Both the position numbers and the translations under genes were made by a program. Below, piece by piece: positions 56,928 through 64,000 of a DNA stretch of 64,000 nucleotides (its first letter is position 1; each line of letters opens with the position of its first letter). This stretch comes from an uncultured virus (IMG/VR IMGVR_UViG_3300021185_001360). Its lineage: Duplodnaviria; Heunggongvirae; Uroviricota; Caudoviricetes. The notes beneath the pieces are model-generated. The model worked only from the letters and a program-made list of their open reading frames with translations, was not told the DNA's origin and searched no databases. The DNA lies in the IMG/VR virus record IMGVR_UViG_3300021185_001360. The stretch is one strand, 5' to 3'.

Positions 56928-57473
56928 CTATTTGCTATCAATGTCAATACCCTTTTTAGTTTTTCCTGCTACTGGATTATCTACCCAATGTATTTGGTTT
57001 GGAGGCATAAAACCCCATATAAACCAAGCATTACCGAATGTAGGCGAACCTTTTCCAGTAAAATCAATACGATAATTATACACAAGTGCGGACATTCCTT
57101 TGTCCATAAACATCTTCCCTCGTCTTGCTCCCTGAAAACTTGTCACGGGAAGTAACAAAGCAAACGGCTTATCTAATGCATAACAATGCTCTAAGAATTG
57201 GTCTTTCTTGCTATACGGTGGATTAGTTATAATGCCATCATAGACATCACTCCGTGTACAATCAAAGAAATCCCTACCATCAGACCCAACAATATTATAA
57301 CCGTATTTGTTGAATCCGGAAACAATGCTACCGCTTTTTTCACTAGTCGCTTCATAATAAGTCTTATCCTTATCTAAATATTTTAGCAGAGGAAGTATTT
57401 GATCCTCTGGTGTATAGCATTCATCAGACGCTTCATTAGTCGCTCTACGATTAATTAAGTCAGTATATGACAT
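56928..57473 (-). CDS. Small putative DNA amino-methyltransferase
   Basis: DECYTP, DFF, ITNPPYS (motif IV), FALLLP. Confidence 0.65.
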   Translation of the reverse strand: MSYTDLINRRATNEASDECYTPEDQILPLLKYLDKDKTYYEATSEKSGSIVSGFNKYGYNIVGSDGRDFFDCTRSDVYDGIITNPPYSKKDQFLEHCYALDKPFALLLPVTSFQGARRGKMFMDKGMSALVYNYRIDFTGKGSPTFGNAWFIWGFMPPNQIHWVDNPVAGKTKKGIDIDSK

Positions 57474-58225
57474 TATTTTATTCTCTCCAATTTAGGTGCA
57501 ATAAAATCTCTTATCATTTCTTCATTAGTTTCATCATTGAAATGATTACCATCGCATGTAATATCTTTATCGGCATACTTCTTTGTATAATACTCATGTG
57601 CATTTGTACCATCAAAGTCTATATACAATGATTTCTGTAGCATTGATTCAAATCCAGGATAGTTATAGAAGTCCCACGATTTGTGCCATGTTACAACCTT
57701 TATATCTAATAGTTTGCATAATTTAATTGCCTGATACACATCTAACATGCCCCAAAACTCTGGTGACATATGATTTGCCGCCATCTGTTCTTGTGTTTCT
57801 TTCCAATGCTGAAAAGTTTTTCTAGTTTTTGCAAACCATTCTTCTTCCATATCTTGCGTTAATGCTCTCATAAATTCATATATCGATGCAGAATCTTTAT
57901 AAACATCATCTTCGATGATAGACATATCAGTGACATGTTTTATCTTTAGATAAGGTTCTGTAAGACATTTAAAGTTTAATTCTGACCTATTGTTTACTAA
58001 CTCCATTAACAGAATATCAATGTTATATTTTTCTTTTAAGTATACAATCTTATTTAGGTAAAGTTCTGTGCCCTTGCTAGAACATGCTGAATTAACAAAC
58101 GACATGTTTGTTGTATATTTCTCTAGCCATGTTTCAAATGGCAATGCTAAATTGTTTTCTCCGGTCTCTTTGTTATGGTGACAACCTACACTATAACTAG
58201 ACCCTACTATTCCTACATTGTGCAT
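57473..58225 (-). CDS. SGNH hydrolase-fold protein
   Basis: VGSSYS, C-terminal DGNH; likely start MHNVG at 58225. Confidence 0.6.
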   Translation of the reverse strand: MHNVGIVGSSYSVGCHHNKETGENNLALPFETWLEKYTTNMSFVNSACSSKGTELYLNKIVYLKEKYNIDILLMELVNNRSELNFKCLTEPYLKIKHVTDMSIIEDDVYKDSASIYEFMRALTQDMEEEWFAKTRKTFQHWKETQEQMAANHMSPEFWGMLDVYQAIKLCKLLDIKVVTWHKSWDFYNYPGFESMLQKSLYIDFDGTNAHEYYTKKYADKDITCDGNHFNDETNEEMIRDFIAPKLERIK

Positions 58226-58226
58226 A

Positions 58227-61022
58227 TCAAAAATCAAACAGATTGGTGAATTGCTCAGACGCATCAGCATCACTTAAGTCCCACTTAAGAACACCAATAA
58301 GATTATCTAGTTTCTTATCAATAATTGTTGATTCCATTAAATCATCATCAAAAGGAAGTTCTTGAAACCATTCAGGAATACGCTTTTCATCAATTGGAAT
58401 TGCAACACTTGTCATTTTTAAAGCGTTTGGTTTAAGTTTACATACAATAGTCTTCATACCATCGGTAATTTCAACAGAATATTTGTCACCATGTAATTCA
58501 CGTAGTGTATTCCAATTCAAAGCCGCACTAACATGTCCCGGCAAGTGTACTTTATCTTTTTTGCTATTATTTCCCTCTAGTTTGAAATCTTTGCCTTGTT
58601 GCTTTGCAATCTTTTTTACTTTATTTCTATACATAGTAAGATTATTAACACGTTTAGGAGTACCTTTCTCCCAACCAGGCTTTGCTCTGAATTCTTTCTT
58701 AAATATCTTAACCATATCGATTACGTTTTGTTCTGTACCGTCTGTTAGAATTGTAACAAGAACATCACTCAAAAAGTTCTGCATATAATCAGGAGTATCA
58801 CTACGTTTTAAATCGAGACCCATAGCTTTTACTTTACCAGGTTTACCATCTACGTCTTTTCTTACGCCTTCATCATCAAAGATAAGCATTGCGTATCGTT
58901 TCTTCTTAATGAAGATACCCATAGTTGCACAGTTCTCTCGACCCGCCGCAATAATCTCACCTTGTTTGCGTGGAGCATTAAAGAAGTCTTTCATAAAGTC
59001 AGGGAAACTTGCATTGACTTGATTTGCAATTTCATCGTACAGTTCAATAACTTTTTCTTTAGTCCATTCAATCTTACCTGCATCAATGTCTTCCTTGTAA
59101 ACAGGATACATAGAATAATAGATACTATCTGTATCACCATAGATAATGGACTCGCCTTTGTAATCATAAGTACCAGCGATTACTTCATTAGTTTTAGCAC
59201 CCATGTGTCTTGTAATACAACGACCAGATAGAGTTGTACTTTGACCAATACGTTTGTCATAAAATCTACAACCAGCGTTCAAAATCGCACCATACAAACT
59301 GTTCAAGTTAATCTTCTTAACTAGCTGTCGTTTATCCCAAAATGTAATAGCTTCTTTGTCGCCATCTTCAATAGCTTTTTTCTTGTTTGCTTGTAGTATC
59401 TTACGTTCAGCATACCAACGTTCTAATAAACTAGGAATGATACCTTGTACGTCTTGTTTTAGAATTGTACCATTGGCAGTAATTGCCCATTGCAAGTCAC
59501 TTTGAAATACTAAGTTGTGTATCTCTGCGCCTGTCATTTCATTTCGAACATCTTTATTATCTTCTAATACAAGATTAATCTTTTCTGTTTTATCTTTTTC
59601 ATTAACAAGTCTAAATTCTTCTGCACTAAACGTATCTTCCCAAGCCTGCGCCGCACCAAAGCCTTTACCGCCACCTCGTCTACCATTAGCAATTCTATCA
59701 CCAATCATTTTTTCTGTTAGAGTTGGTTCGAGTTGTGCAACAATAGTTTCTGGAGACATATTTAATGCACGAATAATAGATGGATAGAGTGAGTTAATAT
59801 CAATACCTGATACCCATCGTTGAATTCCAGTCTTTGGATCTGCAACAAAGGCGCCCGCGGCTTTCTGTTTCTCTGCCGCTTCTAACTCTGCGTCAGTGGG
59901 TTCAATATCTTCTTCTGTCCAGTCACGCTTCTTTCTATCTGGAACAACCATACCTCGTCTATGTGCTTCATTAATGATTGCTTGTTCTGTAACTGCAACT
60001 GCACCCATAGTTGTTTTGATATTAACTGTATTGTCGTGTGCAATTTCATTTGCTAAATCAATAAATTGTAGCTTCTTATCCATTTCACCAAGAAGTGCAA
60101 CGTCCTGTCTGTTGTATTCAACAAACTTATAGAAGTCTCTGTTATACAATTGGTCTAGTGTGCCTTCATATGCAATTTTCTTTTCACCAAGTTCGTATTC
60201 GCCGATAGCATCAAGTGAGTACGAATGCATTTCGTGGTATGTATACTTACGATAAAGTTCAAGATAGTCTAGGTGAATTCGCCCTGACAAATCATATGTA
60301 ATTTGTTCTCTGCCATATTTGACTACTTTTCTTTCATGCGGAAGCAAGTCCCATAAACACAGTTTGCGTGTATGTGATTTACTCATCATGCGAGTAATAC
60401 GTCTAACTGTATATGGAATATCAAAACCTTCTGAGTTCCAACCTGATAAAACATCTGCATCATCAATCAATGCAATGAAATCATTTAACATATCTACTTC
60501 ATCAAGATATAAAAATGTATCATCAAATTGATTACAAATGCGTTCTGCTTCTTCAAGTCCTTCTCCCTCTTGCATATGTTTAGGAGGGATAGCGAATGTT
60601 ACAAGTTTATCTAACCACTGTAGATAAACAGTGATTGCAGTGATAGGCATAAAGGGATCCTCTGGTGGAGCAAATCCCTTATCTGCATCAAAGTCTACTT
60701 CGATATCAAAAAAAGCAGTATGTAGCTTTGGAGAATCTACACCGTTGTAGTTCTCACTTAAGCATCTTACTTCTGGTTTGATATCGCTTTCGTATAGTGA
60801 CTTACCTGCATTTATTCTTCGTTCTTTGTGTAGGTCTTTGAGCCGTTTACACTTTACTTCACGGACTTTATCTCCGTGAATACTTAAGTGTTGTCCTCGA
60901 GGATCTTTCACATAGAAAGTTCGCCATGCAGGGAAATCGTTATAGACACGTTTTCCATCGACACGTTCTATTACTTGAACAATGTCTTTATCTCTATTGT
61001 AATAAGCGTCTACATAACTCAT
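58227..61022 (-). CDS. Family B DNA polymerase (gp43-like)
   Basis: FDIE exonuclease I, WNS.GFD, YN.QD, DINSLYPS, KINLNSLYG, YGDTDS, KKRY. Confidence 0.97.
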   Translation of the reverse strand: MSYVDAYYNRDKDIVQVIERVDGKRVYNDFPAWRTFYVKDPRGQHLSIHGDKVREVKCKRLKDLHKERRINAGKSLYESDIKPEVRCLSENYNGVDSPKLHTAFFDIEVDFDADKGFAPPEDPFMPITAITVYLQWLDKLVTFAIPPKHMQEGEGLEEAERICNQFDDTFLYLDEVDMLNDFIALIDDADVLSGWNSEGFDIPYTVRRITRMMSKSHTRKLCLWDLLPHERKVVKYGREQITYDLSGRIHLDYLELYRKYTYHEMHSYSLDAIGEYELGEKKIAYEGTLDQLYNRDFYKFVEYNRQDVALLGEMDKKLQFIDLANEIAHDNTVNIKTTMGAVAVTEQAIINEAHRRGMVVPDRKKRDWTEEDIEPTDAELEAAEKQKAAGAFVADPKTGIQRWVSGIDINSLYPSIIRALNMSPETIVAQLEPTLTEKMIGDRIANGRRGGGKGFGAAQAWEDTFSAEEFRLVNEKDKTEKINLVLEDNKDVRNEMTGAEIHNLVFQSDLQWAITANGTILKQDVQGIIPSLLERWYAERKILQANKKKAIEDGDKEAITFWDKRQLVKKINLNSLYGAILNAGCRFYDKRIGQSTTLSGRCITRHMGAKTNEVIAGTYDYKGESIIYGDTDSIYYSMYPVYKEDIDAGKIEWTKEKVIELYDEIANQVNASFPDFMKDFFNAPRKQGEIIAAGRENCATMGIFIKKKRYAMLIFDDEGVRKDVDGKPGKVKAMGLDLKRSDTPDYMQNFLSDVLVTILTDGTEQNVIDMVKIFKKEFRAKPGWEKGTPKRVNNLTMYRNKVKKIAKQQGKDFKLEGNNSKKDKVHLPGHVSAALNWNTLRELHGDKYSVEITDGMKTIVCKLKPNALKMTSVAIPIDEKRIPEWFQELPFDDDLMESTIIDKKLDNLIGVLKWDLSDADASEQFTNLFDF

Positions 61023-61283
61023 TTACAGGGTGCGTCCTACAGTCTCTAACACTTCTTCAACATCAGCAAAGTCTTGTTTTGCTTCTGTTAGTTTTGCCTT
61101 ATGTGCTAGGCTAATCGCTTTATTTAGAACACCTGGTTTGATATCAAACTCATCTGCGATTGCTTTAACTGTATCACGTAGACCACCTTTAAGGTCTTCA
61201 CATTCCTGTAAAACTGAACAACCTTCATCCACGAGTTGTGTTAGTTTTGCTTTGTCTTCTGGACTTAATGTATCGATTGACAT
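61023..61283 (-). CDS. Putative dsDNA-binding protein (T4 DsbA-like)
   Basis: 86-aa helical protein with AGGAGG RBS next to the polymerase; size and pattern resemblance only. Confidence 0.5.
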   Translation of the reverse strand: MSIDTLSPEDKAKLTQLVDEGCSVLQECEDLKGGLRDTVKAIADEFDIKPGVLNKAISLAHKAKLTEAKQDFADVEEVLETVGRTL

Positions 61284-61302
61284 ATAGTTGCCTCCTTAGG
61301 TT

Positions 61303-61336
61303 AAAAAAGAGCGCCCTATTTCTAGGACACTCTTTT
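61303..61336 (-). terminator. Intrinsic terminator-like hairpin abutting a sigma70 promoter (61337-61365)
   Basis: AAAAGAGTGTCCTA..TAGGGCGCTCTTTTTT on the minus strand; TTGACT-17nt-TATTAT just upstream. Confidence 0.6.
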
Positions 61337-61368
61337 ATAATACATTAAGTGACTACGAAAGTCAATAG

Positions 61369-63168
61369 TTATTTTCGTTTTTTTCCATGTGAACCGCAAC
61401 TTGCGTCCATTAGTTTCTGTGCTACTACATCGATTTTTGCAAAGTCTGAGTCAGTTAGGTCAGACATTTTCTTTGGATTAGATTTTAGTTTGATGTTCTT
61501 ACCACCAACTGAGATAGAGTCACCAGCTTTCTTACCTTGCTTAGCCGCTTTATCTAGTTCTTTGTAGAATTCATTGTACTCTGACATTGCAAGTCTAGCC
61601 GAATTGTTAACAATTCTGTCTGCTACATCGTCTGCATTGAATACTTTTTTCTTACTTGTTGGGACAGCACCACCACTAACACCAGATAGTTTGTTTTGCA
61701 TACCAATTGCCGCCGCTTTCGCAACACCACCGATACCTTTACCTACTGCTTTTGTGATTGGTGAATTCTTTACTGCTTTGCCAACTGCGATACCCTTTTC
61801 AATGCCTCTAGCTGTTTTAATTGCTGTTTTCTTATCCATTCCTGCTTTAGCCGCCATACCTACGCCTACTTTAGCAAGTGTGCCTAATTTGCCCTCTTTA
61901 AGTGAGGACATAGCAAAGTCGGCAATCTTTAACATACCAGCTTTAGTTTTTAGCATGTTGTCAATTTTTTCTTTGTTAGCATCGTTAACTTTATCATAAA
62001 CTTGTGTAACAGCCGATGCAGTAAATAAATCTACTTTCATCTGGCCATCATCAAATTTAACAGGCATATTTTGTTTGTCTGCTACGATTTTCTTTAGAGT
62101 ATCCATTGCACCTTCTTCAATCATTGCTGATTCTTCTACTGCCAAATGTGCATCGATACCAGCAGTTGATTTCATCTTCCAATGTTCAGCCGCCTTTTTA
62201 GCCGCTCCGTATGAGGTAGTCGCATGACATTCGTGTTTGCCTTTTTTAGCATGTACACAAATGTATGGTTTTTCATCTGCTTCTGAAACTGATTCATTTG
62301 CGTGACCAAGTTCTGCCATTCTTTTAGCAACAATATCTCTAACGTCTTTGTTACCTTGTTCTTGTGCTTCGGCCATATCATCTAATAATTCATCATCAAA
62401 CACAAAAGACATAACCATATCAGTTGTTTCGTCATTTGCTTCACGTGGTTCATCCATGAATTCATTATATTTTGAAACTGCCTCAGCATATTCTTCTTCT
62501 GGTTGACCATCATATTTCATTAGTCCGCCAATCATAGTACCTTCTTTGATACCTGATGCTTTGGCTTCTGCATTAAGTGATGCTATTCTACGCATAAGTT
62601 CTGCTTTTAATTCTGGGTCTTTGCTTGTCTCAGGGTCCAACTGAATGTCTTGTAATGCTTTTCTTTTTGCATCGTAATCATCTTGGGTGAGCGACCCTGC
62701 TGATTCTTCCATGCTTTCTTCTGCGTCTGGCTTGTTGGCCATCACTGCATCATAGTCTGCCATTTCTTCATCGTTTGGCATTTCCTCTGCACCTGGAACA
62801 TTCATGTCCATACCGCTCATTTCACCATCTTCTGGTTCTTCGGGAGACATATCAGGCGCCATGTCCATGTCGCTTGGTGCTTCTGGATCCATCGATGGGA
62901 TTTCACCAGGCATATCCATAGCCGGAGCCTGGTCATTACCTAATTCTAGTGTATGCATACGAGCCGCTAGACTATCAGACATACGTTCATATGCCTCATA
63001 AGACTTATTATGCTGTTGTGAAAATGTTAAGGCTAAATCATGAACCGCATCACGGGCATTCTTTCCACCTTCTAATTCTGTTTTGAGTTGTTCCGTACCA
63101 CGGTTTAAGTAATCTTCAAACTCATCGTTGTTGATTACAAAACTCTCTGTTAATTGTGTAAGTTTCAT
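61369..63168 (-). CDS. 599-aa low-complexity protein, likely virion internal/core protein
   Basis: MKLTQLTES N-terminus; acidic M/P/D/E and A/K/G-rich segments; late-type context. Confidence 0.6.
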   Translation of the reverse strand: MKLTQLTESFVINNDEFEDYLNRGTEQLKTELEGGKNARDAVHDLALTFSQQHNKSYEAYERMSDSLAARMHTLELGNDQAPAMDMPGEIPSMDPEAPSDMDMAPDMSPEEPEDGEMSGMDMNVPGAEEMPNDEEMADYDAVMANKPDAEESMEESAGSLTQDDYDAKRKALQDIQLDPETSKDPELKAELMRRIASLNAEAKASGIKEGTMIGGLMKYDGQPEEEYAEAVSKYNEFMDEPREANDETTDMVMSFVFDDELLDDMAEAQEQGNKDVRDIVAKRMAELGHANESVSEADEKPYICVHAKKGKHECHATTSYGAAKKAAEHWKMKSTAGIDAHLAVEESAMIEEGAMDTLKKIVADKQNMPVKFDDGQMKVDLFTASAVTQVYDKVNDANKEKIDNMLKTKAGMLKIADFAMSSLKEGKLGTLAKVGVGMAAKAGMDKKTAIKTARGIEKGIAVGKAVKNSPITKAVGKGIGGVAKAAAIGMQNKLSGVSGGAVPTSKKKVFNADDVADRIVNNSARLAMSEYNEFYKELDKAAKQGKKAGDSISVGGKNIKLKSNPKKMSDLTDSDFAKIDVVAQKLMDASCGSHGKKRK

Positions 63169-63398
63169 TATTTTGCTCTCTTAATCATTGGACTCTTGAC
63201 AGGCTTATTGTAAACTAAATTACCTACATTAGCAGAAAAACCCATCTTATAGTTCTTTTGTTTCTTACCAGGTGTCAAATACCCATATGGGTCTACTGCC
63301 TTTTTGGCATCCTTAGCTTTCGTACCCGGTGTCATTGGCATAGCCACACCTGCAAACGCTCCACTAAAATTTTCACCTAATAATTCTGTTAATTTCAT
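63168..63398 (-). CDS. Small late protein (MKLTELLGE...)
   Basis: ATAAATA (63404-63410) 5 nt before ATG at 63398. Confidence 0.65.
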   Translation of the reverse strand: MKLTELLGENFSGAFAGVAMPMTPGTKAKDAKKAVDPYGYLTPGKKQKNYKMGFSANVGNLVYNKPVKSPMIKRAK

Positions 63399-63422
63399 AT
63401 TACTATTTATCAAATTAATTAA

Positions 63423-64000
63423 TTAATTGGAATTTACTAGTTCATTGAAGTGTGGGAAGCACTCTGAATATGAGATTTTGCGTCTATCTTCTAATATTTT
63501 AAACTGTTTTTGTGCTATTAGCTTAGTTTCTACTGGCACTTCGCTTTCTACTAGTGATTTCATTGTCTTCATTAATCTAATATATCTTTGTTTTTTATAG
63601 AAATTACCAGACATATTCTGAAAATATTCTATTTGTTCTTCTATTGCATCTGCATGATGTGGCTCTAATGAATCTACTGCTAAATGCACTGGATTATCTA
63701 CCCAATTCTGATGCATTAATATTGTCTTATCGTATTCATACTTATTTATTTTATCATTAAGGTACACTAAAAAATCTTTGAAGTAGGGAAGACTTAAACT
63801 ATTGTGGGCGCAACCAAAACCAATAATTAGATTATCAATATCCTTTGATTTCTCAAAAAATAAATCTAAGTTTTCATCCCATTTATTAAAATCTAATCCC
63901 CACCTAATCAATTCACTCTGCTTATTTAATGCTTCACCTGATAGTTGCATTTCGTAACGTATATTTGGAGTTCTATGTACTAGTTCAATAAATTTATCGA
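63423..64000 (-). CDS. C-terminal part of a probable radical SAM protein (5' end outside the window)
   Basis: Frame is open to 64000; SGEA....ELIR.G.DF.KW..NL and RR..SY..CFP resemble C-termini of the Twitch radical SAM paralogs; CX3CX2C not visible. Confidence 0.55.
   Translation of the reverse strand, partial: DKFIELVHRTPNIRYEMQLSGEALNKQSELIRWGLDFNKWDENLDLFFEKSKDIDNLIIGFGCAHNSLSLPYFKDFLVYLNDKINKYEYDKTILMHQNWVDNPVHLAVDSLEPHHADAIEEQIEYFQNMSGNFYKKQRYIRLMKTMKSLVESEVPVETKLIAQKQFKILEDRRKISYSECFPHFNELVNSN

Noticed and set aside
28988..61022. Introns or inteins in thyA or the DNA polymerase
   Set aside because: Both ORFs are continuous, of ordinary length and with ordered motifs; no intein splice motifs seen.
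116..63001. Many short antisense or nested ORFs in the track (e.g. 116-412, 20861-21241, 27020-27409, 44341-44796, 50110-50616, 61574-61999)
   Set aside because: They overlap well-supported genes, show no motifs or RBS, and look like shadow frames.
1..64000. Stop-codon reassignment, tRNA or rRNA genes
   Set aside because: Long genes are intact in the standard code and TAA, TAG and TGA all end genes; no cloverleaf or rRNA-like stretch was seen by eye (tRNAscan-SE would be decisive).
1..64000. Bacterial chromosome or eukaryotic giant virus origin
   Set aside because: gp43-like polymerase, rnh, clamp, T4-type late boxes, sigma70 promoters and SD sites, and no ribosomal or other cellular core genes, all favour a large bacteriophage.

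Overview
AT-rich 64 kb fragment of a large, T4-like tailed dsDNA phage, probably aquatic; the promoter motif weakly suggests an alphaproteobacterial host. Standard genetic code; I saw no tRNA, rRNA or CRISPR array. Layout: (1) 1-5.0 kb, small minus-strand early-type genes behind near-identical sigma70 promoters that all carry a YGATTCK (GANTC) site, plus structured non-coding patches (candidate ncRNA, candidate origin or terminus). (2) 5.1-29.0 kb, a tailoring-enzyme island: ACP, 8 radical SAM enzymes, 3 Fe(II)/2OG hydroxylase-like proteins, carbamoyltransferase, SGNH protein, 1522-aa repeat glycosyltransferase-like protein, 2 methyltransferase-like proteins and a PLP enzyme. (3) 29-34.4 kb, thyA, endonuclease VII-like gene, folA, HNH, vWA-peptidase. 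(4) 35.0-41.2 kb, a compact lipid biosynthetic operon (AMP-ligase, flavin halogenase-family protein, two desaturases, unknown, ketosynthase) between the vWA and MoxR genes. (5) 41.3-50.1 kb, MoxR, HtrA, SbmA, PMM-like HAD, RNase H, rhodanese, MetK. (6) 50.2-56.1 kb, a 7-deazaguanine cluster (queE, folE, queD-like, dpdA-like) with an embedded glycosyltransferase and APRT but no queC. (7) 56.1-64 kb, sliding clamp, MTase, family B polymerase, DsbA-like and likely virion-internal proteins. All calls rest on motifs read by eye; no searches were run.
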